A DNA stretch of 50,790 nucleotides from assembly GCF_001194135.2 (NCBI RefSeq), contig NC_068992.1, positions 27,744,402 through 27,795,191 of the forward strand. The letters are read 5' to 3'. A model generated the notes under the pieces. It made no database searches and was not told the DNA's origin. It saw nothing but the letters and a program-made list of their open reading frames with translations. Both the position numbers and the translations under genes were made by a program. Positions 13,475-26,443 of this stretch are shown piece by piece. How positions within the stretch are numbered: position 1 is the stretch's first letter; each line of letters begins with the position of its first letter. The DNA is from Octopus bimaculoides (lineage: Eukaryota).

Positions 13475-13526
<52 letters not shown>

Positions 13527-13529
<3 letters not shown>

Positions 13530-13700
13530 TCATCATCATCATCATTTAATGTCTGTTCTCCATGCTGGCATGGAATGGATGGTTTGGCAGGAGCTGGTAA
13601 ACCAGAGAGCTGCCTAGGCTCCACTTGTCAGTTTTGGCATGGTTTCTATGGCTGGGTGACCTTCCTAATGCCAACCACTTTACAAAGTGTACTGGGATTA
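13527..13700 (-). mobile_element. RTE-type tail abutting (TA)n
   Basis: (CAT)n TTTAATGTC..CCATGCTGGCATGG..CCTTCCTAATGCCAACCACT directly after a (TA)n tract ending at ~13527. Confidence 0.75.
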
Positions 13701-14268
13701 TGTACAGTTTTTACTGGCCAAATTGTACTCAAGTGGTGTCAGGTCAAACTGAGGCTAAGATGGAAGATACTTGTCCAAAGAGCTTTGCAATCAGACTGAA
13801 CTGAAAATATAAGACTGTACAGTGAAGTCCTTAACTATGCAGCCATATATTTTCTGAGGATGGGGTGGAGAGTGAGGCAGGGGGAACCTAGTGAAAAGAG
13901 GTTTAGCATAATTCCTTAACATCATAATCTCCTGTCTCACTTAAAAGACAGAAGAGTTATGCATGGAGAGAATCATGGGAGATAAATCTCTTGATACTCA
14001 TTATACAGTCTACTGAGGAAATAGAGATCCAGTAAAGAATTGCTTGATCACAGTGAAGGTTGCCCTTACTCTCTAAACAGTGATTCTGCTTAACATCTCC
14101 TATACCTTAGGTATACATGTGTATTTATACACAAGGCAACTAACAAAGCTCCTGATGGGTGCAGTAGAATTGCTATTGTTTCACTTTAATGTGCATCATC
14201 AGAACCAATGATATTTAAGGCTTACCATCCAGCATGATAATTGTTATCTGCATATTCCAGATTGAAGT

Positions 14269-14656
14269 GGAAGCGCAATGGCCCAATGGTTAGGGCAACA
14301 GACTCGTGGGCATAGGATAGCGGTTTCGATTCCCGGACCGGGCGTTGTGAGTGTTTATTAAGCGAAAACACCTAAAGCTCCACGAGGCTCCGGCAGGGGA
14401 TGGTAGCAAACCCTGCTGTACTCTTTCACCACAACTTTCTCTCACTCTTATTTCCTGTTTCTGTTGTGCCTGTAATTCAAAAGGTCAACCTTGTCACACT
14501 GTGTCACGCTGAATATCCCCGAGAACCACATTAAGGGTACATATGTCTGTGGAGTGCTCAGCCACTTCCACGTTAATTTCGCAAGCAGGCTGTTCCTTTG
14601 ATCGGATCAACTGGAACCCTCGTCGTCGTAAGCAGCGGAGTGCTAACAACAACAAC
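14269..14656 (+). mobile_element. Full-length family A SINE
   Basis: A/B boxes and (AAC)n tail. 15-bp direct repeat ATTCCAGATTGAAGT at 14254-14268 and 14657-14671. Confidence 0.92.
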
Positions 14657-16123
14657 ATTCCAGATTGAAGTTAACCACTCTCTGTGACCTTCTCATCTGT
14701 TAAGCTGATGTGAGGTATCTCTGAAAAGGATGCCAAAACCATCGGAGTCATTTTTCTCTGCAAGAAGACAAAACTGTGAACACTGCAAACCAACAAAGTG
14801 CTTGTTAGTTTTAGAATACAACCACCTCCTACAGCAATCAATTATAGCCATATGTAGTAACTAGTTATAGCTATATGCACTAGGTTATTGATTTCTATGA
14901 ACACAATGACTGGAATTGCATTACTAGTTAATGATAACAGGATATAAACTAACGACCTCTTGGCCAGATATCCAGCACCCTATTAACACAGACATGCATG
15001 ATTTCATGCCATTCATACATGAAAGAAAATATATGAATGTAAAACTTTATTCCAAATCTATTTTATCCAAGTGAAATATATAAGTAGAGGACTAAAACCA
15101 CAGGCACATCTGAAACGAGTATCACAGATTAAATGATAATGTTACATAACAATATCAACTTTTAGACTCTTTTTATATATATTTATGTAAAATTCCCATA
15201 AGAACTATTTCAAATTATCTCTAATGAAAATAATATTTCGAAAATTATTTATATATTTAAAATGCCTTTTTCAATTACAAAAAATAATTATAAAGTTATT
15301 GCTGGTGGAGGTTTGTGTAAAAAATAAATGTAAATTAATTTTTAAATAATTCTCATTTTTAATTAATGCAGCAATTGTTAAATGTGAAAGATTTTAAATA
15401 CCATTTGTTGTTTTGTTGAGCAGTTTGTTTGTTATTGATGTAGATAAATATAAATGTACACATTTGATCAGCAGTAAAAAATATCTGAATCTAGCTTAAG
15501 TTTCATTTTAGCTTATTCACATTTTTCAAAATATTCAAGCAATTTTAAAATAATCAACTACTCACAAAGTTCTGACCATTTAAAAAAAAAATTTTTTATA
15601 TACACTAAATAGTGTATATATATCTTTATATCCACTCTGGTGAATAGCTCTTTCCAATTACATTTCTACTTAGCATTTACTGAACATCTTCAAATCTATT
15701 CAGATGAAAATCCACCAGAATACAAATATGAGGCCGTAACACAAATGTTACACTTTAGTTTCTAAAAGCACACACACACACACACCAAACTGCATGTCTT
15801 ATGCTGAAACTCTGCACAATCTATTCTCATTAAAGAAATGTGTGATTGTCTTCATACAGAGTTATGAGGGAAAATTTCAAAATATTTTAGACAAATTAAA
15901 TACTTAATTAAATGCCTGAGATGAATACAATTATTCAATATGATTATAAAGTTTCAGATTATTAAACTCATCTTTAAAGATGGAATATTTTTTTATCTCC
16001 ACTACATTTTGCTGGATTTGATCTCCAATCTTTGGGTGTCTGGACTATAGTACTGGACTAAATTCAAACTAGGAACTTTTATTTATAAACAGTGGCATAA
16101 AAGCATCACTATCCATAGTTTAA

Positions 16124-16340
16124 CCATTTAGCATTCAAACCGGCCATATCTAGTCCAAATATTCTGATTTCTTTGTTCAAACTGCCAGGTCCAACCTTTC
16201 ACACCTACCTTACATTGTCATTCTAAAAATAAACAATCATATCATTGAAATCTCAAAGTTATGATATAATTCATGATTGATTCAAAACAATGTGAATAAA
16301 TAAGTCTTACATTTGACAGAATAATGTGAATGCTAAAGGG
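16124..16340. mobile_element. piggyBac-type MITE (family P2)
   Basis: TTAA|CCATTTAGCATTCA ... TGAATGCTAAAGGG|ATAA. Reverse complement of 21738-21953. Confidence 0.8.
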
Positions 16341-17142
16341 ATAAAGGATAAAAGTTGCTTGTTCAACTCCAACCCAGTACAATGTAGACAGCCAGGAAGA
16401 AGACATTTGATGACACTCGTATATCAAACTGTCCAAGTATATTTCAGATGTAAATATTAAAAAAAAAAAACAATTCATCTCTAATTACTTTCAGAAAAAT
16501 TATACTCATATTTTAGATAGAATTAACACAGCAAAGTTTCAGTACTTCATATTTGTTTAGTTTATTCTATATTTATGTGTATTTTCTAAACATTTTCATA
16601 ACTAGCTGGAGGAAATGTTGTAAGAATCCTTATTAAGTTAATCAATAATCTTTTGGTTTAGATGTTTTGCTTTTTTTTTATTTTTTTGAGGACTTATACA
16701 AATATATTTGAGGTGTAACTCTATTACAAAAATGTTGTTTCGGCAAGACACTTATTTTCGTTTTTTTTATTTTTGAGAAAATGGTGAGCAGTTTTTGTCT
16801 TATTGATTTTATATCGCAATTGGGGTTCAATAGCATTTTTGGTTACATGTTTCCAATGGACAAGCACTGGTCACTGCAATTATGATAGGGACAGTGGTAA
16901 GGGAGTGTCAGTAATATGTTACAGAACAAATATTGCAAGGAAATCCACACAACAAGCAATGCTTTTCAGTTTTTGGTTTTCTTGACAATGTTTATATAAA
17001 TTAGCAGAAGATACACACACATACACACTCAAACATACATATGTATACATACAGTTATATATTCATACATATATACACATCCGCACATGAAAAAAACATA
17101 TACACAGGCACATTATGTGTGCGTGTGCGCATGTGCATGTTT

Positions 17143-17153
17143 GTGTGTGTGTG

Positions 17154-17237
<84 letters not shown>
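17143..17237. repeat. (TG)n microsatellite
   Basis: Direct read. Other long dinucleotide tracts: (TA)n 1-55, (TG)n 2335-2415, (CA)n ~4037-4073, (TG)n 36635-36694, (TG)n 38583-38658 and (TG)n 44983-45108. Confidence 0.98.
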
Positions 17238-17238
<1 letters not shown>

Positions 17239-18917
17239 ACATATATATATGCATACAGCATTCCACACATCTTCTTTCTACCAAATATTTCACTCACATG
17301 ATATTGGTAAACCTGAATGTTAAAGTGCCACCAAACCCAAAACCATGTGGCTACAAAATAAGATTCTTAACAACACATCCATGTTGAATGATAAAATCGA
17401 GAAGTACTTGTTGTTTTTGATATTTTTGTCTAGTTTTTCATCTTCGAAATTTGAAATTCAAAAAGAATGAGTGATATATATTTTTTTTAAATTTTGTAAT
17501 TTTAAATACATCAAAATTTAATTAAAAAATACATTTGGATTTCAAATTCAAATCAACAAAAAATATAATTAAGGTTGTTTTTATTTAAATTAAATTCAAA
17601 ACTGAATTTGAATTCCATTCTTTTGTTTTAAAAATGTTAGTTTGACTCTTCTAACTACACTTTGAAATTTTAAAAACTAAAATTTGACAAATCAAAAATT
17701 TTTTAAATGAGTGAAAAAGTCCTGAATCTAATTTCTCATTCCTGACTAAAATAAAACAATTTTCTTTTCAAAAAGAATTATTCTAAAATTTCAAAAAAAT
17801 TATTATTATATATTAACAATTCAAGGGACATATAAGAAATATTTTCAAAAATTCTCTCTTTTAATAGTATCAAAATGCTGTCAACATAGAGATTCACAAG
17901 ATCAATTTCTTGTTTGTTCTTTCACACATGAAATCATATCCAAACAACACTTTTTTACTTAGATACAACTCTACACATTTCATTGAGCAGTTGATTAAAT
18001 TAACCTCAATCCTTGATTGATATTTATTTTATTAATGATTTGATATAAAATACATCAGGTTTCAGCTAACTTTTAGCTTAGTATTCCATTTAATATTAAC
18101 AAATTAAATATATTATTATGGTTTTTGACAGTGGAGAAGTATAAAGTTATGAAAACTTGCTAATGTAGCCATTATATAATTATGATAATAGTTTTGTCAT
18201 GCTATCTTATTAATAAGTTTTGTAAATTGATATGAAATCTCAGATCTGTCAAAGAAAACATTGAGATTATAACATATTTCCCTTTTCTAAGCTCCTTTAC
18301 TAATATGAATAAAATCATTGAATGTAAGACAATATCACAGGTCGACCAAGATGTTATAACTACCATTTGTAATATAACTTTCATATAAGTTGTTCATACA
18401 AATCTACAAATAACAACTCAGTTTAGCAACTCCTTTCCTCAATCATGTCATTACACAACTCTTCCATATGCTAAGATTTCCATCAGCACCAAAGTTTCAC
18501 AAAGTACTTATTCATGTTCCTTTCTTTAGAAATGTGTATTCATAACTTTGAATTATGAATAAGAACAAGGAATATTTACATAAAGTGTATTGTATAGATT
18601 TTTGTGCTAAAGATAATTTTTATTCCTTTATCACAATATTAACTAATCCAGCAACATAGTTAAAGGAACAAATACTATTTTCTTCATATTTCTGAGAGGA
18701 AGAATTATCATCATCATCATATACTGATATATTTGAACTACTGTCCTCATCTTGGTTGTTATAATCACAACATTTCAGCCATTGTAATCTCCAGCCTTTT
18801 TCAGGTGTCTGTCATATTCAGAAATGTTCACAGAATTTGGAACTAAACTCATTATTAAATCTAGGGTAGAGTAGGGTGGGGAGATAATTTTCTCTCTCCT
18901 TGTTTCTTTCCGTGTTC

Positions 18918-18953
18918 CTTTCTGTAGAAGAGCATAGGCTCGAAACGTTAAAG
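18918..18953 (+). ncRNA. Candidate minimal type I hammerhead ribozyme with variant core (Penelope-type terminal repeat context)
   Basis: CUUU-CUGUAGA-A-GAGC(AUAG)GCUC-GAAA-CG-UU|AAAG. Stem I 4 bp, stem II 4 bp, palindromic AACGUU stem III. The core differs from CUGANGA at position 6 (U). Confidence 0.4.
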
Positions 18954-20070
18954 ACTTTCTCAATTCCAGAGCATTATACTAATACATCTATTTGTTTTCA
19001 ACACCACCTGTCTTCGTCTGTTGTTTTTTTTTGTGAATTCTCCTTATATATATATATATATATATATAAACAATAGATTAAATAGTGAGATACAATTGAC
19101 AATTATACACCCCTTTGAAGGAATTCTTTTCTTTAGTTTGTTGTCATATATTTATGATTAAGCCAGGAGTCGAACTCACAACCATCGCTAGTTAACACTA
19201 ACCTACTACACTTCACAATTAATCAATGCTTATATTCACTATCCCATTCTCCTATAAGATAATTAGGTAATTGAAATTAGGAGCTTTAAACCTAGTTTAT
19301 TTTATAGCTATGATGCTAATTAAAGATTCCGAGTGTTCATGTCTATGTTTAGTCTATTAAAGAGAATGTCCCTTATATAAACAACAGAAGAACAAACTAG
19401 CACCATAGAAGAAAGCCAGAATGAACACCAGCGAAACATTGTAATTATAACAACCAAGATGGGTCTAAATATATCAGAGTATAAAAATTAATATTCTGTT
19501 TCTTTAATTAAACCACCAAGACAAAAAAAAAGTATCAAACAAAAATTAGAATACAAAATGTGATAAAGAGAAAATATTTCAGAATAAACTGTTTTGAAAA
19601 TTTGATAAATTTAACTAAGGAAGGTTCTGGTGTTAAAGATTTATCATCTATTTTGAATTTAGTTTGCAAATATTAGTAAATAAACAACTATAGTCTATGA
19701 CTAGCAATCTGGGATATTCCTCACATTCAAATAAATTCATAGGCATTTTTTATTGCACACCCTCCATTTCATTTTCTTTCCTATTCATTCTTCTACAGTG
19801 TGCCACAGAATTTTAAATATATAACTTAAAATTAATTATTAAAGGCTGAACATCTTGCTAAAATGAGCACATGTGTAATTAATAACACAAGGTAAACAAC
19901 AGTTTTCTATATTTTTAACTTTCCTTTTAACTGCACCAGTGATCTCCATTGCACCATAGGGTCCAAAAGACTGAGAACCACTGATCTTTGCTAGCACATG
20001 GGTGATACATCTCTTAACAGGTGTATGTGTGCACAAAGTTATATATATGTATGGATGACTACTTTTAATA

Positions 20071-20122
20071 ATAAAGCAATATTATAAAGCAATATTATAA
20101 AGCAATATTATAAAGCAATATT
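20071..20122. repeat. 13-bp minisatellite (ATAAAGCAATATT)x4
   Basis: Four perfect units read directly. Confidence 0.95.
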
Positions 20123-20335
20123 ATATTATAATCAGTTTCATACCAGGAATTGAGATCAGTTTGGCAATCATCAGAAATTCCTAGGCTAAAAGGAATAATA
20201 TGGCATGGGATTGGGGGGGGGGGGTTGTCGCCACTGGCAACTACATACATATACATACACTCATATACAGTGTATGCATGTATGTGTGTGTATTACACAC
20301 ATAATTTTCAGTCCTTATTAGAAAAAAAAAAATCC

Positions 20336-20341
20336 TTTATT
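20336..20341 (-). promoter_or_regulatory. Candidate AATAAA polyadenylation signal ~480 nt after the stop
   Basis: First clean minus-strand AATAAA I noticed downstream of the stop, followed by U/GU-rich sequence. Further AATAAA motifs (e.g. 19749-19754) make the true 3' end uncertain. Confidence 0.3.
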
Positions 20342-20822
20342 TTACATCTAAATTTGTATAACCAAAGTAGAAATTACTTGAACAATATTCACTTTAAATT
20401 ATCTTAATCACATTGCCATTGAAGAAGGAAAATGACAATGGTGCATAGAATAACAAAAATGTTCTATAAAATAACAAAAAAATAATCTAAATATACATAT
20501 ATTTCTTGATATTTTAATATATTCCCACATTTGGACATTTTCTCATGTAACTCCAAAAAGAAACCGAAGAAAATGGTAAAACATTGATAATAAAATTGAA
20601 AAATATTTCCATCATAAAAGAGAACACAATTTTTTTTTCTTTTTATATTACATTTCTTTAGCAGTTTCACTTTTTGTTTTTCTGCACCATGTAGGCATTT
20701 TTCTACTTTCATCCTCTCATGTTAAAGCTAGTGATGATACAACCATCTTCCAGTATATCATACAACAGTTTTAACTGTATTGCCCGGCATTATCATCTCT
20801 TCTGCCTTCTACTTGTTCTCTA

Positions 20823-21168
20823 TCAGAAACAGAACCCATTCCGATCACGGCTAAAACCCAGAGAATTTGAATTGAAGAATACTGATGGCAAATTTACATA
20901 ATTCTTCAATAAAATGGCCCCTTCAACAATTGTTGCATTTTCGTTGGGTCGTTTCCGGTTGTAACATTTGTTAAGGCTGTCCATTAAGGTGTCCATAAAA
21001 TCATCAACATTGAAGTATGCTGTTTCAGATTCTTTAGGATTATAGATAAGAGGATGGTGACAAAATATTGCCCATGGAATATCATTTGAAAATGGGTTCC
21101 AAACTTGAGAAATGAGTGGAATTTGGCCTTTATTCCAACAGACTTGGACACCTCCATGGGACCGATTA
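20823..21168 (-). CDS. TPRG1L: Terminal coding exon of TPRG1/TPRG1L (Mover)-like hSac2-domain protein
   Basis: Manual translation after the acceptor ttttctctctttttttcag| (AG at 21170-21169), phase 2: NRSHGGVQVCWNKGQIPLISQVWNPFSNDIPWAIFCHHPLIYNPKESETAYFNVDDFMDTLMDSLNKCYNRKRPNENATIVEGAILLKNYVNLPSVFFNSNSLGFSRDRNGFCF*, followed by a second stop. It aligns by recall to the vertebrate TPRG1L C-terminus ([56 protein letters not shown]). TPRG1 vs TPRG1L orthology cannot be resolved from this. Confidence 0.9.
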
Positions 21169-21737
21169 CTGAAAAAAAAGAGAGAAAAATAAACAAAAGA
21201 AAATGATTAAATTTCAGATAAAAATGTAATGGTGTATTGAAAAAATAAATAAATGTTATCTTAGTGCAGATTAGCTCATATCCAGCAGACCTATGATTAA
21301 AGACATTCTAATCCTGACCATTCCATTTTTCATACAGACAGAATATCTAAGATTAAATTGTGTAATGTTTCTTTCCTGTTTTTAAGATGGTTATGATTTA
21401 GGGGAATTTAAACTGCTATTTCTGACAGGTTGAGTGAACACATAGAGACTCCTTCATTAGTTTGGTGATTAAAGGGCAATAAATTATATGATGATAAAAT
21501 AAATCTGAACACCGTTTCATAAAATATTTTTTATATATTTAACCCTCTAACATTCAAAGAGTTAGAATTCGTTCATTACAAAAGGAGCTGAATATTTTAA
21601 ACCAGTAATACCTGGTATTATTGATACATGTTGCTTTCAATAAAAGGATCACTATTAATGAGTAATCTGTTATTTGCTCAGCTGGACTCATTGAATTAGT
21701 AAGTGGCTGAGTATTCCACAGACACATGTATCTTTAA

Positions 21738-21953
21738 CTCTTTAGCATTCAGATTACTTGGTCAAATGTAATGCTTATTCACACTGTTTTGAATTAATCA
21801 TACATTATCAAGTTGCTTCAAGATTTTAATGATGTGATTGTTTATTTTTTGAATGCCATTGTAGGATAGGTGTGGAAGGCCAGATCCGGCCAGTTTGAGC
21901 ATAAAACAGGTAGAATATGTGGGCCAGATATGGCTGGTTCAAATGTTAAAGGG
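21738..21953. mobile_element. piggyBac-type MITE (family P2) inserted in an old family A-like SINE
   Basis: TTAA at 21734-21737 and 21954-21957. The flanks rejoin as AAGTGGCTGAGTATTCCACAGACACATGTATCTTTAA-TGTAG.., matching the family A internal sequence. Confidence 0.85.
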
Positions 21954-24900
21954 TTAATGTAGGCAGAATCAGCATGTGACAAAATCTTTCAATTACAGGT
22001 ACAATTTAACAGGCTTCCACACAGTTTCCATAAATACTAGTTCACTCACAAGGCTTGGGTTGAGCCAAGGTTATGATGAATGATATTTACCTAAGGTGTC
22101 AAATGACCTCATCATTGTGAAGTAAACCACTTAAGCCTTTAACCTTGCTGTGCCCTCAGTACCTTCAGTTGTAGGGAAAACCCCAACAACATCTTCATAT
22201 AGCAAACCCCAATTTATCCTGATTTCTTTATTTCTACCCATTTTATATACAAAGAATGTTTGGAGTGGCAGAAAATATAGAAAGAAGGATTAAATTATTT
22301 GAAACAAGAAGGGGCACCAACAAGGAAATGAAGAAGCAAGGGAATGAACTGATGAAGAAGAGAATCAAGGAAGAAACATTCTAATGAAAAAAACCTTTAC
22401 ATGGTAATTCAAACTGCTAGAAATAGCAGCTAAATCTGCATCAAAATCACACTTTAAAATCTTGGGCTGGAAGCCTTTTTTGATACCAACTACTTTACTG
22501 AGTGTAATGGGTGCATTTTGTAATTGTACCAGCACTAGAAAGGTGTTATGTGTATGACAGGACAAGAATAAAGATCCTCTAGAGCCTATGTTGCTTTTAT
22601 TTTCTCATGAACCACTTCACAGAATGCAAACAGTGTGATTTATTGTAGCACCCATGTTGTTTCTGTTTAGGACAACATGATCAGTAGAATGGGTAAAACA
22701 GAAAATAAACTAGATGTGGAAGATAAACTGAGAAGGGAGAGAGAGCATGATGGGAGAAACAGTGATTGAAGTAACAGTGTAGAAGAGAAGAAGAGAGATA
22801 TTGAAGAGACAGTGCAAGAGGACTGATTAAGTAAGACACTAATAACTGGGTGTAATGTGAGGAATAGCACAATTATCAACATTGCAGTACAGTATGTGAA
22901 ATAGAAACACTGTAAAAGTGTACAAGTAACACTTCTTAATTAAATTCTTTGTTCTTGTTTCTCACTGAATATGCCATCAATAAATATACATCAAACTATA
23001 AAAGAATTCACAGAAATTCTATTTAATTTATCATATTTTATTTATATCTAATGAATATATTTTCCAATGTTCCAGTTACATCAAACACTATAAAGACATT
23101 TCAATAATCTGTCCATAAAATAAAAGATTTATTCAACCACTAAGACATAATGTTCAACAACATAATGTTCTTTACCTTTGCAATAAATATTTCATTAGCT
23201 CTTAATGAAATTCTGCCCCAAAAGCATTTTTCCCTCAATCACACAGACAAAAGAAAATCATTAGAATATTAATATTTAATAAGGAACTAAAGTGCTACTG
23301 GTTTTCATGATGAGGTAAAAACATCATCAAACATTAGTTGTTCAACAAAGTGTGATACCAACTGTAAAACATGAGATAACAGCAATTAAGGTGAACATTT
23401 TAGATATTACTTTTTATACTTTAACAACTTGAAGACTATTATTTTAAAAATTGGTGAGAGATTTTTGAGAGGTCCTTTTTTCCCCATCTTCATCTCCTCC
23501 CAATTTTAAATTTCTGAAATAGATTTGTTTAGAAAATTTTTTTTTTTAAGGGAATTCATCCATAAAATCCAGTTTTTTTAATTTTTAATATCACTTTTAT
23601 AGAATACATAAACAACCTGTTGGTCAATTGAAAATGTTATATACATTGTTTTGGTCATCTGGTGTAATATGTAACACAAGCAAATCCCAAGACATAGTAT
23701 TCAGGTCTATGGCAATGCTGATAATATTAATAATTTCTAATATTGGCATAGATTAGAGCTTCCATTTATTTGCTAGAGAAGTAGTTGTAATTGATTAGAT
23801 TGGTTGTAGTTTATTACTGGTACTTATTTTATCCAGGAATAGCGAAAAGCTGTTGTTCTATCAATGATAATTAACCAAGTTGTTCAACAAAAAAAAATGA
23901 TTCAAACAAGGGAAGAACCTTAATGGATTGGCTGAAACTTACATCAAGTTATAGAACCACTATGTTTCTGTAAATCTATGTAATCAATCATTTAACATCT
24001 ATATTGTATGCTGACATGGGTTGGATGATTCAATAAGTACTGATAAATTGGAAGAGTGTGTCATACACCAATTTCTGCTTTGGAATGGTTTCTGTGGTTG
24101 GATGCTTTCCTTACACCAATCACTTTACTGAGTGTACTGGGTGCTTTTTTTCATGGTACCAGTACAAGTGAGATCACTTAGCAACATGCAAGACTAAGGG
24201 TCTGAAGAAGAGGGGAAAGGGAAGGGATTACTGTCAGAAGGTTAAAGAATAAAACATTTGATTTGCACAAATTCACATCTACACTTTGCAAAACTTGACA
24301 TTTTTCATGAAACTATTACAAAATCTTGTCTCAAATCCAGTGTAAAAAGAAATTATGTTCTTGCAGCTTTTTGCAACAGTGTTTGCTTCTCTTCCAATGT
24401 CTTTGTTTTGACTTCAATCAGACCTTCAAAATCTTAAAGAAAGACTTCAGAATTGCAACTGTGGCCGCAATGTTCCTCCCATCCATTATCTTAGAGGGAT
24501 TTTAATTCACTTCCATTTCTAAAGCAAACATTAAGAATTTTCCACTTTAGAGACTGACAAAAATATCAAGAGAGAAAGAGCAATGACACTGTTATGTCAA
24601 CAGTCAACAGCATTTTGACCTACCAGTGAATGGCATGCAGAGGCCACAAATGTGCCAAAGAAATTTTTGCAGCATCTCTTTATAATGTCCAGATATATTA
24701 TCAGTATATTAGGGCTGACTCCTATATTTTGAAAACTTCAGTTAACTAATTTCACACAAATTTTTCACCTGATAAAATAAATTAGACTGTTTTCATTTAT
24801 TGTAACAGCAAGTTTTATTACTTTATCAAGAAATAGTAGTGTACCTATGGTCCTTTACAGAGTCTCAGAGACTAGGATGATAAGGGGAGAGGAAGATATC

Positions 24901-25520
24901 CGCAAACCAGTTACCTGGCTAAAAAGCTTACAACAAAGTGGACTCTACTACAGGTACACAAGGACCAGGTGACATTGTCGAACTCACATTTGTACCTATG
25001 TTTTTTTTAACTAATTTTCATTTCCCTTTCGTTTACTTATACGATATGTTTACATAGTTAAAATAGCTCTTCCTTTTCTTGATATAAAGTTAATTTATTT
25101 AATGAGAAATCTAAGAGTAACCAAAACACAAAAAGCTAACAAAATGACATGCATATAAGAATGGGGATAAATGTTTATAAATATGGTTCAGGTTTTCTAG
25201 CTGCTTTATGATGATCAATGTTACCTGTATTTTGCTACAGCAACAAACTATAGATTATAGCACTCAATATTTGACAACATTCAATAGTTACATAAAGATA
25301 CAAAGCATTTCATACCTTTATTGGCAATAAATGCCATACAACTGTCACTGACTCAGAGCAAGCCATGTGGCTTCTCTGAAAGTTTCTAGATTCCAAATTT
25401 CCTATATTCTCAATAATAAATAACTAATGGTGGCCATGGAAATTACATTGTTATTTTAAAAACTGTACGATGATTAAAAATTTATAGAGGGCCCTTAAGT
25501 GTGTGTGTGTGGTGTGTGTG

Positions 25521-25559
<39 letters not shown>

Positions 25560-26283
25560 NNNNNNNNNNNNNNNNNNNNNNNNNNNNNNNNNNNNNNNNN
25601 NNNNNNNNNNNNNNNNNNNNNNNNNNNNNNNNNNNNNNNNNNNNNNNNNNNNNNNNNNNNNNNNNNNNNNNNNNNNNNNNNNNNNNNNNNNNNNNNNNNN
25701 NNNNNNNNNNNNNNNNNNNNNNNNNNNNNNNNNNNNNNNNNNNNNNNNNNNNNNNNNNNNNNNNNNNNNNNNNNNNNNNNNNNNNNNNNNNNNNNNNNNN
25801 NNNNNNNNNNNNNNNNNNNNNNNNNNNNNNNNNNNNNNNNNNNNNNNNNNNNNNNNNNNNNNNNNNNNNNNNNNNNNNNNNNNNNNNNNNNNNNNNNNNN
25901 NNNNNNNNNNNNNNNNNNNNNNNNNNNNNNNNNNNNNNNNNNNNNNNNNNNNNNNNNNNNNNNNNNNNNNNNNNNNNNNNNNNNNNNNNNNNNNNNNNNN
26001 NNNNNNNNNNNNNNNNNNNNNNNNNNNNNNNNNNNNNNNNNNNNNNNNNNNNNNNNNNNNNNNNNNNNNNNNNNNNNNNNNNATATATATATATATATAT
26101 ATATATACACGTGAAGAGACTGAGAGAATGAGAAAACTAAAGATACAGTGACATCACAAGCTTTGTTGTTTCATATCATTCCTTCTCTTCTTTCATCTCC
26201 ATATCATATTCACCCTCTTAACTCTGTTGTCTTGAATATTTACTTTCACTCCAACTCTTACTTGGCCTCACACCTACATTCAT

Positions 26284-26443
26284 TAACAGGCTTCTTTCAG
26301 TCTCTGTCTATCAAATTCACTTGCAAGGCTTTCGTCAACCTGGGGTTATAGTAGAAGACATTTACCCAATGTGCCACACAGTAGAATTAAACCTAAAACC
26401 ACGAGGTCATTAAGTGAATTTCTTAATGACAGCCATGCCTGCA
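26284..26443 (-). mobile_element. Family B SINE 5' half
   Basis: TTTCAGTCTCTGTCTATCAAATTCACTTGCAAGG..TATAGTAGAAGACA..ACAGCCATGCCTGCACC. Confidence 0.7.

Noticed and set aside
14269-14345. Possible tRNA genes (also the heads at 5365-5443, 32666, 37775-37850 and 19150-19215)
   Set aside because: A/B boxes are present but the heads continue into SINE bodies, mostly with TSDs, and I could not build a full cloverleaf.
15673-15765. Plus-strand mini-exon candidate AFTEHLQIYSDENPPEYKYEA
   Set aside because: Short, with a weak donor, no partner exons and no recognisable family. The FTEH resemblance to TPRG1L is on the wrong strand and likely chance.
17041-17387. HTHT/CVCV/YIYI/poly-I/poly-Y ORFs (also 2337, 7250, 34938, 36500, 44946)
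   Set aside because: They are translations of di- and trinucleotide microsatellites.
19794-19983. hAT/Charlie-like element ending GAGAACCACTG
   Set aside because: Only one terminus is visible and I found no matching left TIR or TSD, so it is not called as a feature.
16124-21953. Inverted P2 MITEs flanking the last exon as a circRNA driver
   Set aside because: A terminal exon has no downstream splice donor, and the 16124 copy may lie beyond the transcript end.
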